Source: a virus (taxonomy: Duplodnaviria; Heunggongvirae; Uroviricota; Caudoviricetes). From it: 64,000 bases of DNA. The stretch covers positions 63,171 through 127,170 of the IMG/VR virus record IMGVR_UViG_3300028833_000001; one strand, written 5' to 3'. Below the pieces are notes generated by a model. It ran no database searches. It saw only the letters and a program-made list of their open reading frames with translations, and was not told the DNA's origin. This document shows positions 48,215-57,407 of the stretch, in pieces (positions within the stretch are counted from its first letter, which is position 1; every line of letters begins with the position of its first letter). A program made the translations under genes and the position numbers.

Positions 48215-49057
48215 TTATTCTTCGCCTTTCCAACCGAGAATGATTTTCACAACCTCCCAAAGTTCATCTGGCATTGTGTATGAATAGTGGTCTTTGTCTT
48301 TTACAGAACCGAATCTCTTGTCAAGGTCATTATTGCTGTAATTGTTTTCGTCTATGCCTTCGTATAAGGCGTATTCCACCATATATCTTGGAGCAGTGCG
48401 ATATGCTTTTAGAATAGATATTTTGCTTGTGAGTGCAACAAAATCGTCAAGTTTCTCTTGCAGTGAGTTGAACTTTTCGGTTACATCGTATGGGTCGTAC
48501 TTCATGCCAAAATACTCCTCAACCCTACTGAAAAGGTAGCCTGGTGCAATGGAATCATAGCGTGAGAAGTCGTCATTTTTGTATTCGTACACTGTTTTTT
48601 TCTCCTTGAGTGCCCACTCATTGCCACAGTCTTTGCATTTGTTCACTGGGAACGTATCCAATTCTCCGTCAATCTTTGAACTGCCGTATGAATTGTGTAT
48701 GTAACTTCCGCCGAACAAAATGTGCGATGCATATGAGTATGAACTGTGAGAACCGCCGCCGTGAACCTCTCCCTTTACTCTCTTGATGTGGTTGATGACA
48801 TTTTGACTGCCGCACTTCGGGCAAATGCTGTTCTCTTTGTCAATCATCTCGTTTTTCTCATCAACATACTCTTTTGCAATGTCGTATTGCTTGCTGCTGT
48901 ATTCTTCGAGATAATTTTCAATTTGTCTCTTGCGGGATTGATACGCCTCTTTGTCACGTCTCGCTTGTTCTAGGCGTTCCGCTTCGGCTTTTTCTCTTTC
49001 TGCTTTTTTGCGTGCAAGCCTTGCCTGCTTTCTAGCTTTGAATCCAAATAAGCCCAT
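48215..49057 (-). CDS. zinc-ribbon protein with coiled-coil N-terminus
   Basis: CPKCGS...CKDCG. Confidence 0.65.
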   Translation of the reverse strand: MGLFGFKARKQARLARKKAEREKAEAERLEQARRDKEAYQSRKRQIENYLEEYSSKQYDIAKEYVDEKNEMIDKENSICPKCGSQNVINHIKRVKGEVHGGGSHSSYSYASHILFGGSYIHNSYGSSKIDGELDTFPVNKCKDCGNEWALKEKKTVYEYKNDDFSRYDSIAPGYLFSRVEEYFGMKYDPYDVTEKFNSLQEKLDDFVALTSKISILKAYRTAPRYMVEYALYEGIDENNYSNNDLDKRFGSVKDKDHYSYTMPDELWEVVKIILGWKGEE

Positions 49058-49089
49058 TTCTTCTTAAATTGCTTTGTTCTTTATTTTAT

Positions 49090-49117
49090 ATAATATTTTT
49101 TTAATTGTTTTTGTCAA
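49090..49117 (-). promoter_or_regulatory. sigma70-like promoter
   Basis: TTGACA-16 nt-TATTAT. Confidence 0.55.
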
Positions 49118-49673
49118 CTATTCTTATTTGTCTCCTACCACCATAAGGGAGCTGTACAAGATACGGACGCATCCATGGGTTTGAACTTCTTCCGTTCGAG
49201 TCAATTGTACCCCAGAAATTATTACCGTCATTACTCTCACGGATGAATCGGATTCGGTTTGTTTTCATTCTAGAAATACACTCACGGAAATGATTCTCAT
49301 CAAACTCCACGTCATCATAAGACGACGGGATATATTCCACAAAATCATCTTCTTTTATTTCGTACAAACCAAATATCTCACACATTTTTCTTTTGAGATT
49401 CTGGTGTAGAAGGCACTTCGTGTCACCGTACGAAATCGTTAATTTAACAAGTTCGATTTTGTCACCATATTTTCCTGTGGTGTATTCGAGGCCATCTATA
49501 CTGTTCTCAGTGAACTGGTGTTGCAACATCCACAACACAAGCGCATCTTTCAACTCATAATATTGGTTTCTAGTGATGATTTTGCTCACATCGAACTTTT
49601 TCGTCACCTTGTTGGTGTATTCGATATCTTCGAGCAATTGTCTGAAATCTACCTTTACTGCTATATAATCCAT
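49101..49673 (-). CDS. hypothetical protein
   Basis: true start probably at MDYIAV, after the duplicated promoter element. Confidence 0.6.
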   Translation of the reverse strand: MDYIAVKVDFRQLLEDIEYTNKVTKKFDVSKIITRNQYYELKDALVLWMLQHQFTENSIDGLEYTTGKYGDKIELVKLTISYGDTKCLLHQNLKRKMCEIFGLYEIKEDDFVEYIPSSYDDVEFDENHFRECISRMKTNRIRFIRESNDGNNFWGTIDSNGRSSNPWMRPYLVQLPYGGRRQIRIVDKNN

Positions 49674-49745
49674 TGCTTTGTTATTTATTTTATGTGAACC
49701 TATATTACTATTTTTTTTTCGTTTTTCCAAAAACAGTTTCATTAT
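49670..49745 (-). promoter_or_regulatory. duplicated promoter and leader element, copy 1
   Basis: TTGGAA-17-TAATAT...aacaaagcaATG; near-identical to 51212..51287. Confidence 0.7.
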
Positions 49746-49746
49746 G

Positions 49747-50133
49747 TCAGATAAGGTTTTCAAGACAATATTTTATAGCAGCTTCACAGGCTTCTTCATA
49801 AGTGTTATATGCTGTTTCAGATTCATATTCGGAAACTGAATTGGGGTATTTTATTATTTCAAGCCACCACTTATTACCCACTTTTGGAAAGTCATGATAT
49901 GGATATATTTCTAAAGAATATATTTCCCTTAGCCACTTCATGGCCATTTGAAGAGTTGGAGTGGCATATTCTAAATCATCAAGTGCTGAATTTTTATAAT
50001 AAAGCTGTCCGTCTACCTCCAATCCAGGTGTACCATAATCAATATTGTTGTAAAAACAACTACATTCTTCATCAAATCCTTTTTCTTTCAAGAGCTTTGC
50101 TGTTTCAAAACTAACGTAATCTTCTTTAATCAT
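49747..50133 (-). CDS. family B protein
   Basis: all three B anchors present. Confidence 0.85.
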   Translation of the reverse strand: MIKEDYVSFETAKLLKEKGFDEECSCFYNNIDYGTPGLEVDGQLYYKNSALDDLEYATPTLQMAMKWLREIYSLEIYPYHDFPKVGNKWWLEIIKYPNSVSEYESETAYNTYEEACEAAIKYCLENLI

Positions 50134-50138
50134 AAAAC

Positions 50139-50555
50139 TTAAACTAAATTTTCCAGACACCACTTGATACCAGCTTCACAAGCCCCTTCAAATGTAGCAA
50201 AGTATCTTTCGTCATCAGACATTCGACTGCTGTCGTATATTCTATACACTGTGAAATACCAGACAGGTGTTTGATAATATTTTGTTCCACGTTCATCTTC
50301 ATAGTAATCGGTTTCCGACTGAACAACGACTTCAAATGACAACTCTCTCAGCCACTTCATGGCCATCTGAAGAGTTGGGGCAGGATATGCCTTTGGATGT
50401 GGTCTTGATGTTGAAACATCATTTATTTTCCCTGTTGGTGAATATTCCATCCACACCTTTGTTTCTGAGCCAAATGAACCATCGCCATATACATCGAAAC
50501 CCTTTTCTTTCAAGAGTTTTGCAGTTTCAAAGCTGACGTAATCTTCTTCAATCAT
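50139..50555 (-). CDS. family B protein
   Basis: all three B anchors present. Confidence 0.85.
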   Translation of the reverse strand: MIEEDYVSFETAKLLKEKGFDVYGDGSFGSETKVWMEYSPTGKINDVSTSRPHPKAYPAPTLQMAMKWLRELSFEVVVQSETDYYEDERGTKYYQTPVWYFTVYRIYDSSRMSDDERYFATFEGACEAGIKWCLENLV

Positions 50556-50745
50556 AACTTCATTTACTTTTTTTTAATTCAAAACACAATTGGAATTTCA
50601 ACCAAAGAAAAGTTATCCCAAACACAAACGGCCAATCTTTTCCGAAGTTTGGGGAGTTGTAGGTACCTAATGTTATTGTTGGGATAACAAAGAAAGTCAT
50701 TGAAGATTCCCATCTAAAAATTATTTTCATATTCTTATATATATC

Positions 50746-50946
50746 TCATTTGCTTTTAAAGTTTTCAATAAGTTTTCTTATTTGCCATTCCCCGCATTTG
50801 GCTATTTCTTCCGCAATTTTCTTATCATAAAACCTATAAACATTAGATACATAAACTGGGTAATGGGAATTGACTTCACGTTTTATTACAAGTCTTAATA
50901 AATCATCCATTTCATTCTTATAAAGTTCACAATCTTCTTTATACAT
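50746..50946 (-). CDS. hypothetical protein
   Basis: 66-aa ORF. Confidence 0.5.
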   Translation of the reverse strand: MYKEDCELYKNEMDDLLRLVIKREVNSHYPVYVSNVYRFYDKKIAEEIAKCGEWQIRKLIENFKSK

Positions 50947-50963
50947 AATGCAAATTATTTTTC

Positions 50964-51215
50964 TTAAAGTCCAAAATCGTGCTCATATCCTTGATGGATA
51001 TCAATGAATCTGTAAATCTCTACAATGCTATTATATGCATCGCTTCCACCTTTTGCGTATCTGTAAAGCACATATGCGCACCCTTCGAATTCATCGTACA
51101 TTATATAGAATTCAGGGTAATCTGGATTTACCCACAAAAATCCGCCTTTCGGTTTGCTTGGGTCTCCTGTTTTATGCCATCCCCATTCCAGTAAATCAAT
51201 TTTTTCTAATTTCAT
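50964..51215 (-). CDS. hypothetical protein
   Basis: true start probably at MKLEKID, after the duplicated promoter element. Confidence 0.55.
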   Translation of the reverse strand: MKLEKIDLLEWGWHKTGDPSKPKGGFLWVNPDYPEFYIMYDEFEGCAYVLYRYAKGGSDAYNSIVEIYRFIDIHQGYEHDFGL

Positions 51216-51287
51216 TGCTTTGTTGTTTATTTTGCATAAACCTATATTACTATTTTTTTTCCGTTTTTCCAAAAACGGTTTCATAAT
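51212..51287 (-). promoter_or_regulatory. duplicated promoter and leader element, copy 2, with inverted repeat
   Basis: CCGTTTTT-GG-AAAAACGG overlapping TTGGAA-17-TAATAT. Confidence 0.7.
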
Positions 51288-51384
51288 GTTTCAACGTGTA
51301 ACACTTCTTGCATTGTTCTTTTGGTTTTAAACATCTAATGTTGCACCATTGTTTTGTTATTTCATATTCTGCTTTTGTCATAGG

Positions 51385-51852
51385 TCAAATAAGGTGTTCC
51401 AGACAATACTTTATCGCGGCTTCGCAGGCTTCCTCAGACGTGCTGAAACCTTTGGGCGTTAAAGTCTCGTCTTCAACAAGCGCACATATTTCCTTGATGC
51501 AGGATTCGCCCGTTTCTGTGTTCGATATGCAAGCATAATAATCGGGATGAAAATCTTCGTGGTTTTCAGAATAGGTAATGTTGACCGCAATATGGATGTT
51601 ATGCACCTCCCTCAGCCACTTAATGGCCATTTGAAGGGTTGGACGCAGATATTCATCATAATCCAAATCAGAGTTTGTCAAATCATCGTATACAATACCA
51701 ATTTCTTGACCACTTTGGGTTTTAATACCATATCCAGATTCATAACATCTTTCGGAATAAAAGCCTCCATGACATCCAACCACATCCGAATCAAAACCCT
51801 TTTCTTTCAAAAGCTTTGCTGTTTCAAAACTAGCATAATCCTCTGTAATCAT
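51385..51852 (-). CDS. family B protein
   Basis: all three B anchors present. Confidence 0.85.
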   Translation of the reverse strand: MITEDYASFETAKLLKEKGFDSDVVGCHGGFYSERCYESGYGIKTQSGQEIGIVYDDLTNSDLDYDEYLRPTLQMAIKWLREVHNIHIAVNITYSENHEDFHPDYYACISNTETGESCIKEICALVEDETLTPKGFSTSEEACEAAIKYCLEHLI

Positions 51853-51854
51853 AA

Positions 51855-52232
51855 TCAAATCAAGTTTTTCAAAACATATGATAATGCTTCTTCAACGGCT
51901 TGTTCATAAGAATCAAAGTAAATTGTCTTGCCTTCTTCTTGAGAAAAGAATCTACCTTTTTCATGCCCAACCCATCTGAATTGAATATTCTTTCCTGTTG
52001 TGTAGGTAAGAATATCAATATAGATATTATGCTCTTTTCTCAACCACTTCATTGCCATCTGCATGGTCGGGGCCGATATAAACGGGCAATCATTCTTGTC
52101 ATTCCAATTGATATCCACCATGAACGACATTAGTCCATTGCCGCAGTCATATAATCCGCTCGTTGCTTCGGAAAATCCTTTCGCCTTCAACAACTTTGCA
52201 GTCTCAAAGCTGACGTAATCTTCTTTTATCAT
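51855..52232 (-). CDS. family B protein
   Basis: all three B anchors present. Confidence 0.85.
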   Translation of the reverse strand: MIKEDYVSFETAKLLKAKGFSEATSGLYDCGNGLMSFMVDINWNDKNDCPFISAPTMQMAMKWLRKEHNIYIDILTYTTGKNIQFRWVGHEKGRFFSQEEGKTIYFDSYEQAVEEALSYVLKNLI

Positions 52233-52243
52233 ATTATCTTATA

Positions 52244-52570
52244 TTATTCGGTTTTGGTATTGTACATTTTTGAAGATTTTTCCATATGTTGTTTAACGAG
52301 GTCATTTAAGAATTTCTCACTCGCAGATTTTACGCTATAAGCATAATAACCATTAAAAAAAACATGATATTTTCCGTCAAATGTTTGTATGACATGTGTC
52401 CATGCAAAAGTAATTGATGAACCGCCAATACTACTAAAGCCACGAGCCGTACTATCCCATGCTTGTTCAAAAACAAACACTTGTGATATTTGGTCATTAT
52501 TATAATTACTTAATATGTAACCATTTACTTTGGCAGTTGTAATAGTTAAATCACTTAATATATTTTCCAT
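52244..52570 (-). CDS. hypothetical protein carrying a family A C-terminal tail
   Basis: unrelated body ending MYNTKTE. Confidence 0.65.
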   Translation of the reverse strand: MENILSDLTITTAKVNGYILSNYNNDQISQVFVFEQAWDSTARGFSSIGGSSITFAWTHVIQTFDGKYHVFFNGYYAYSVKSASEKFLNDLVKQHMEKSSKMYNTKTE

Positions 52571-52591
52571 ATTACTAATAAATTATCTAAT

Positions 52592-53047
52592 TTAATACAT
52601 TCCTTGTGGAGCTTCCAAGGCTAGACCTTTTGGAATTAAGCCACGGTAATCGAAGTGGTGAGAGTTAAGATAGTCAAGTACCCAATAATTTATTGTACTC
52701 TCACTGTATTTTTCATTAGTGACACAATATTCACTTATAATTTCAATTCCATAATGGGAATAAGAATCATAATCGTTATAAGGCTGTTCAAAATCACATC
52801 CATCACACAATTCTTCTAACTCTTCCTCCGTCATGCTTGACATTGGACGGAGGTATGGTTTTATCTTTTCAAGATTATAGCAATTGTGTTCGGCAATTAC
52901 AATCATCAACGAAAAGTCGACACCAACTAATTTCTGGACATCCAAACCCCTTTCTCTTAGAAAATCGCTATCAATGTTTATTTTAACTCCATACGGCAAA
53001 TATCCACAGAGTGCATTTACAACCAATTCTTTTTCTTCTTGCGTCAT
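52592..53047 (-). CDS. family A protein
   Basis: all three A anchors present. Confidence 0.85.
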   Translation of the reverse strand: MTQEEKELVVNALCGYLPYGVKINIDSDFLRERGLDVQKLVGVDFSLMIVIAEHNCYNLEKIKPYLRPMSSMTEEELEELCDGCDFEQPYNDYDSYSHYGIEIISEYCVTNEKYSESTINYWVLDYLNSHHFDYRGLIPKGLALEAPQGMY

Positions 53048-53297
53048 AACTGTTTATCCTTTTAATTTATATCAAATTAAGTAAATCAAGTTCTTCTTTA
53101 CTGAATAAACGAGGATGTCTACCATCCATCATATAATGCCAGCGACACCACCAATGTTCTTTACGTTCGACAATATAACGGACTAACCCAATTCCTAAAT
53201 ACAAACTTGTTATTCTAACTTTCATTTATAAGTTTCTAAAATTCAAATCAAATTTTCAAAGCAATATTTTATTACGTCCATCTCAGATTGTTCATAA

Positions 53298-53513
53298 TTA
53301 AATGGAATAGATAACTCCCTCAGGATATAATTTCTTAAAAGTAATTTCATCATTGCAAGTATCTATTACGTAACCATAGCAATCATACACATTATTAGTA
53401 TTAGGGTCGTAGGTATATTTAGGAGGTAGAGGTGCATATTTACCCATTCCAAATAGATAATCTTCATACTCATCTGAAAATAAATCGCTAAAACACTCAG
53501 GAACTAATTTCAT
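53298..53513 (-). CDS. hypothetical protein
   Basis: 71-aa ORF. Confidence 0.5.
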   Translation of the reverse strand: MKLVPECFSDLFSDEYEDYLFGMGKYAPLPPKYTYDPNTNNVYDCYGYVIDTCNDEITFKKLYPEGVIYSI

Positions 53514-53522
53514 GCTAATTCA

Positions 53523-53561
53523 TCAAAATTTTAACAATAATTCTTTTTCTTCTTGTGCCAT
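53523..53561 (-). pseudogene. orphan family A 5' end
   Basis: MAQEEKELLLKF then stop. Confidence 0.7.
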
Positions 53562-53563
53562 AA

Positions 53564-53938
53564 TTAAATCAAATTTTCTAAGCAATATTTTATGGCAGCT
53601 TCGCAGGCTTCTTTATATGTCTTGTAAATAATATCGGATTCATGTTTGGTTAAACCACATCCTTTGGAATGTTGTTCAATCCTGTACCACCAATCATTAT
53701 TTTCTTGAATTGCATCGTGAAACGGATAGATTTCAAGGTGAAAAATATCTCTAAGCCATTTCATAGCCATTTGAAGAGTTGGACATTCTATTCTGTCTTT
53801 CTTATCAAAATCATGATAGTGTTGATAACACCAACGTATTGAACTGTCTGGTACATAATAGCAAGAGGTGTCACCCTCAAACCCCTTCTCTTTCAGGAGT
53901 TTCGCTGTTTCAAATGAAACATAATCTTCTGTAATCAT
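53564..53938 (-). CDS. family B protein
   Basis: all three B anchors present. Confidence 0.85.
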   Translation of the reverse strand: MITEDYVSFETAKLLKEKGFEGDTSCYYVPDSSIRWCYQHYHDFDKKDRIECPTLQMAMKWLRDIFHLEIYPFHDAIQENNDWWYRIEQHSKGCGLTKHESDIIYKTYKEACEAAIKYCLENLI

Positions 53939-53953
53939 CACCATTTTTCATTT

Positions 53954-54475
53954 TTATTTATACATCCCTTCTGGAGCTTCTAATGCAAGTCCTTTTTTAA
54001 TTAACCCACGGAAGTCAAAATGATTTTTAAAGAGGAATTCTTCCAAAAGTTCGAAGTCTTCGAAATCGTATTCTGATTTATCTTCATTGTCGTATAGGCA
54101 TTTTTTAATCTCAATGCCACGATGCGAATAATTGTCATAGTCATCAGATGGATGGCCAAAATACAGAATACCTCTCAACTCGTTTTTCTCTTCCTCCGTC
54201 ATGCTTGATAGTGGACGGAGAAATGGAATATCTTCACCAAGTACAAAAGGTCTTGTTGCAGTTGACATTCCGCACCCATCATACTCGTCATAACCAATCC
54301 AACCATCAATATCTGTTTTAATTAAATGTCCACTCCTACTATATGAAAGAGAACATAACTTAATAATTTTCCATTTATGATAATCATACTGGTTTTCTTT
54401 ATAATTAACCACAACCCCATACGGCAATCTCGCGCATAGGTCTCTTACCAATAGTTCTTTTTCTTCCTGTGTCAT
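53954..54475 (-). CDS. family A protein
   Basis: all three A anchors present. Confidence 0.85.
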   Translation of the reverse strand: MTQEEKELLVRDLCARLPYGVVVNYKENQYDYHKWKIIKLCSLSYSRSGHLIKTDIDGWIGYDEYDGCGMSTATRPFVLGEDIPFLRPLSSMTEEEKNELRGILYFGHPSDDYDNYSHRGIEIKKCLYDNEDKSEYDFEDFELLEEFLFKNHFDFRGLIKKGLALEAPEGMYK

Positions 54476-54478
54476 ATC

Positions 54479-54835
54479 TTACACAATTCCTTTTTGTTGT
54501 AAATACTCAGTTAGTTTGAGGCACGATGCAACCGATGGCCCCATTTCCTCATCGTCATAGCAGTAGGTTGCGTCACACAATTCACTCCAACCAATGTCGC
54601 CCTTGATGTAATTGTTCATTGCTGCGGTAATTTCGGCATAGTATTCCTTTTTTTCCTCGGCATCACTCTCGTTAAGCGATAGGTCGATGTTAAAAAGGAA
54701 AATGTTGCGGTAGATGTGGCAGGCTTCTTTCACTGTTAAATCACGATTCATCTGTAACCCATACATATACGGATTTTGCTCCGACCTGCGAAACGCAACA
54801 ACTGGGTTGAGTTTTATTCTTCTTTTAAGTTCCAT
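54479..54835 (-). CDS. hypothetical protein
   Basis: 118-aa ORF between two A genes. Confidence 0.6.
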   Translation of the reverse strand: MELKRRIKLNPVVAFRRSEQNPYMYGLQMNRDLTVKEACHIYRNIFLFNIDLSLNESDAEEKKEYYAEITAAMNNYIKGDIGWSELCDATYCYDDEEMGPSVASCLKLTEYLQQKGIV

Positions 54836-54846
54836 AATTTTTTATT

Positions 54847-55272
54847 TTAATACATTCCTTCTGGTGCTTCAATAGCAAGCCCCATTATAATCAAGTCACG
54901 GTAATCAAGATGATTAGAATTGAACAAATCAAAGGTTTCAATAGTATAACTACTAATATACATTTTATGGTATTTAATCCTATCATCCAATTCAGTTTCG
55001 GAAAGTGCATTCATCGCGCAAACCGTTTTTTTTTCTTCCATTGTCATGCTTGACATCTGGCGAAGATACGGTTTCACCTCGTTTATTCTAAACAAGCTGA
55101 ATGAATCGTCTGGATAATAAAATTCTACATACCCATTGTTTCGTAAACCCTTTATTTGTCCAACCACTTCAACAGGCATATTTGTTTCTTCATCATAACA
55201 CGTGACAGACCCAACTATACCATAAGGTATGCCACTTAATAAGGTATTATATATAAGTTCTCTATCTGTCAT
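54847..55272 (-). CDS. family A protein
   Basis: IPYG...KPYLRQMSSMTMEE...LDYRDLIIMGLAIEAPEGMY. Confidence 0.85.
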   Translation of the reverse strand: MTDRELIYNTLLSGIPYGIVGSVTCYDEETNMPVEVVGQIKGLRNNGYVEFYYPDDSFSLFRINEVKPYLRQMSSMTMEEKKTVCAMNALSETELDDRIKYHKMYISSYTIETFDLFNSNHLDYRDLIIMGLAIEAPEGMY

Positions 55273-55477
55273 AACTATTATGATTATTTGCTTGTTTGAC
55301 AATTTCTATTACTTCATTCGGTCTTATACATTCTCCGTCATCTAACCATATATGCCAATAAGTTGAGAACCAATACGGGTCATCCTCACATAGTTCCACT
55401 TTTGTCACTACATTGTAACGGTCTTCTTTGTCAGTGGCAATACGCCACTTTATTTTGTCTCCGACTTTAGGTATCAT
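55262..55477 (-). CDS. small hypothetical protein
   Basis: PKVGDKIKW, possibly an SH3-like beta fold. Confidence 0.5.
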   Translation of the reverse strand: MIPKVGDKIKWRIATDKEDRYNVVTKVELCEDDPYWFSTYWHIWLDDGECIRPNEVIEIVKQANNHNSYDR

Positions 55478-55506
55478 GATTATTATGTTTTATGATATTT
55501 TCATTA

Positions 55507-55779
55507 CTATTCCTCCATTGCATTCTTGAAAAAGTGTATAAGCTCACCCGTATTGTAATCATGTAATGAATTTGTCGGAGGCATAAAATCCTCCACGTGT
55601 TTCTCTAAGAACTTGCATGCCTTGTCAATCATCGTTTTGTCAGCCCAATTTGCACCTTCGATGAAACAATCACATTGTGCTTTCACAAATGTTGGCGATG
55701 AACCCATGGCATATCTACTATATGCAGCATGTTTTATTTCTTCTTCTCTTTTCATATCACTCACAATTTGTTTCCTCAA
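55507..55779 (-). CDS. family C protein
   Basis: FIEGANWADKTMIDKACKFL...FKNAMEE. Confidence 0.75.
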   Translation of the reverse strand: MRKQIVSDMKREEEIKHAAYSRYAMGSSPTFVKAQCDCFIEGANWADKTMIDKACKFLEKHVEDFMPPTNSLHDYNTGELIHFFKNAMEE

Positions 55780-56023
55780 TCAAGTCATAATATGCACACT
55801 TAATTGTGTTGATTACATTATCAACCAATTCCTTGCGCATGTCATTTAATGGGAAGTCAAAAGAATTCCTTGCATTGATGATAGCTTTTGAGAAAAGGAA
55901 ATCCTTTTTGCTTGCCATATCCATAGCGCCATTTCTATAGTAATCAATACCGCCTTGAGAACAACTTTTTCTACTCGCAAGAGCATCAACCATTTCGATG
56001 TTTTTTAAGTCAATTTTGTTCAT
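55757..56023 (-). CDS. hypothetical protein
   Basis: 88-aa ORF. Confidence 0.5.
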   Translation of the reverse strand: MNKIDLKNIEMVDALASRKSCSQGGIDYYRNGAMDMASKKDFLFSKAIINARNSFDFPLNDMRKELVDNVINTIKCAYYDLIEETNCE

Positions 56024-56214
56024 AATATTGTATTTTTTATATTGTTAACAATCATTAGTTGAATTTCACTTCCGAAAACTTTTCACCTTCCAATGACAAT
56101 ATTAGATAATATTTTCCTTCTTTGAAATCCACCGAAATTTTCAAATTATTCTTAATATAATCTTTTAATTCTTCTTTTTCCATATCACCCAAAAATTATT
56201 ATTTGTTTGTTGAA

Positions 56215-56242
56215 ATTATACAATAAAAATTTCAATTATCAA
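56215..56242 (-). promoter_or_regulatory. sigma70-like promoter
   Basis: TTGATA-16 nt-TATAAT. Confidence 0.45.
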
Positions 56243-56510
56243 ATTGATTATTAAAATTTTCAAGGCATTCTAGAATCTCGGACACTTTATTTTTATCTAA
56301 TACCTCAACAGATATTCTAGATATTTCATTTATTTTGTCTAAAATAACTACAGCAGGATAGCTTTTCGGAAAATCAGTAACCATGCTTCTTATGTCCTGT
56401 TTGGAATAAAAACAACCTTCATCGACTCTCATGAAGTCATATAGAGCATTATTGAAGCCGTTTTGGTTCTTTACCACAAATATATTATATGTAATCTTTA
56501 TGTAGTTCAT
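56232..56510 (-). CDS. hypothetical protein
   Basis: 92-aa ORF. Confidence 0.55.
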   Translation of the reverse strand: MNYIKITYNIFVVKNQNGFNNALYDFMRVDEGCFYSKQDIRSMVTDFPKSYPAVVILDKINEISRISVEVLDKNKVSEILECLENFNNQFDN

Positions 56511-56531
56511 TGTGATTTTTTTTGTTTTTGA

Positions 56532-56747
56532 TTATTCCAAGTCGATTCCTTCTATTTTATTACAACACATTAGTATTCCATTGCAAATTTCTTCAAATAA
56601 GGCGTTTTTGTATATTTCAAGTTCCCTTTGTTTTTCTTTCCATTCGGCCATTGCCATCGCCGACAGGTATAAGTGTTCTTCATTGTAACCTGTTTCTGGT
56701 CTATAAAAGCTTTCAGAAATTTCCTTCGCTCTTTCTTCTGTTGTCAT
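56532..56747 (-). CDS. family C/D small protein
   Basis: MTTEERAKE...MAEWKEK. Confidence 0.6.
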   Translation of the reverse strand: MTTEERAKEISESFYRPETGYNEEHLYLSAMAMAEWKEKQRELEIYKNALFEEICNGILMCCNKIEGIDLE

Positions 56748-56749
56748 AA

Positions 56750-57196
56750 CTATTCAGTTTTAGTGCTGTACATTCCTTCGGGTGCTTCAAGAGCCAATCC
56801 CATAGGAATGAGCCCGCGATAGTCGAAATGATGGGCGTTGAGCCAGTCAGTGTTTACACATGCTTCGTCAGCGCTACACGCGGCTTTTATTGTGACAGGT
56901 TCATAGTTAGCACCAGCCTCGTAGCATTCACTGGACTCATACTCGGAATTCTTGAAATAATCCTCAGCCTCTTTCTCCGTCATGCTTGACATCTGACGGA
57001 GATATGGTTTGATGTCCCATACCGTGTAAACCTTTGTGCCATTGATGTACCCGTCCTTGTCGATACTTTCCAATGTCCCAACTGCACACATTTGCTGGTC
57101 CCGTTCGTGGTCCCAATATTCCCTGCAATATTTTACCCCGTAAGGCAGTGTCGCGCATAGGTATTTTAGCAATAAATCTTTTTCTTCTTGTGTCAT
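56750..57196 (-). CDS. family A protein
   Basis: all three A anchors; ends GMYSTKTE. Confidence 0.85.
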   Translation of the reverse strand: MTQEEKDLLLKYLCATLPYGVKYCREYWDHERDQQMCAVGTLESIDKDGYINGTKVYTVWDIKPYLRQMSSMTEKEAEDYFKNSEYESSECYEAGANYEPVTIKAACSADEACVNTDWLNAHHFDYRGLIPMGLALEAPEGMYSTKTE

Positions 57197-57405
57197 AATA
57201 TTAAAAAATTTTGTTCTATCATTTGTAATGTACAAAACATATCAGAAGCAAGAATAATATAGTCAATATCATCACATTGTGTGGTATCAGAGGACTTGGC
57301 GATTTGATTCTCGTAATATTCCATTTTCTCACTCAAATATCTTCCGATGAGAACTTTCCTTTTATGAATACTGTCCTCTGTTTGAATTTCTTGTAGCGTT
57401 GTCAT
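57193..57405 (-). CDS. cargo gene X, copy 2
   Basis: near-identical to 46013..46225. Confidence 0.8.
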   Translation of the reverse strand: MTTLQEIQTEDSIHKRKVLIGRYLSEKMEYYENQIAKSSDTTQCDDIDYIILASDMFCTLQMIEQNFLIL

Positions 57406-57407
57406 GA

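Noticed and set aside
49673-51284. Shared N-terminal peptide FLEKRKKNSNIG as a protein family motif
   Set aside because: It is better explained as translation of the duplicated promoter element upstream of the real ATG.
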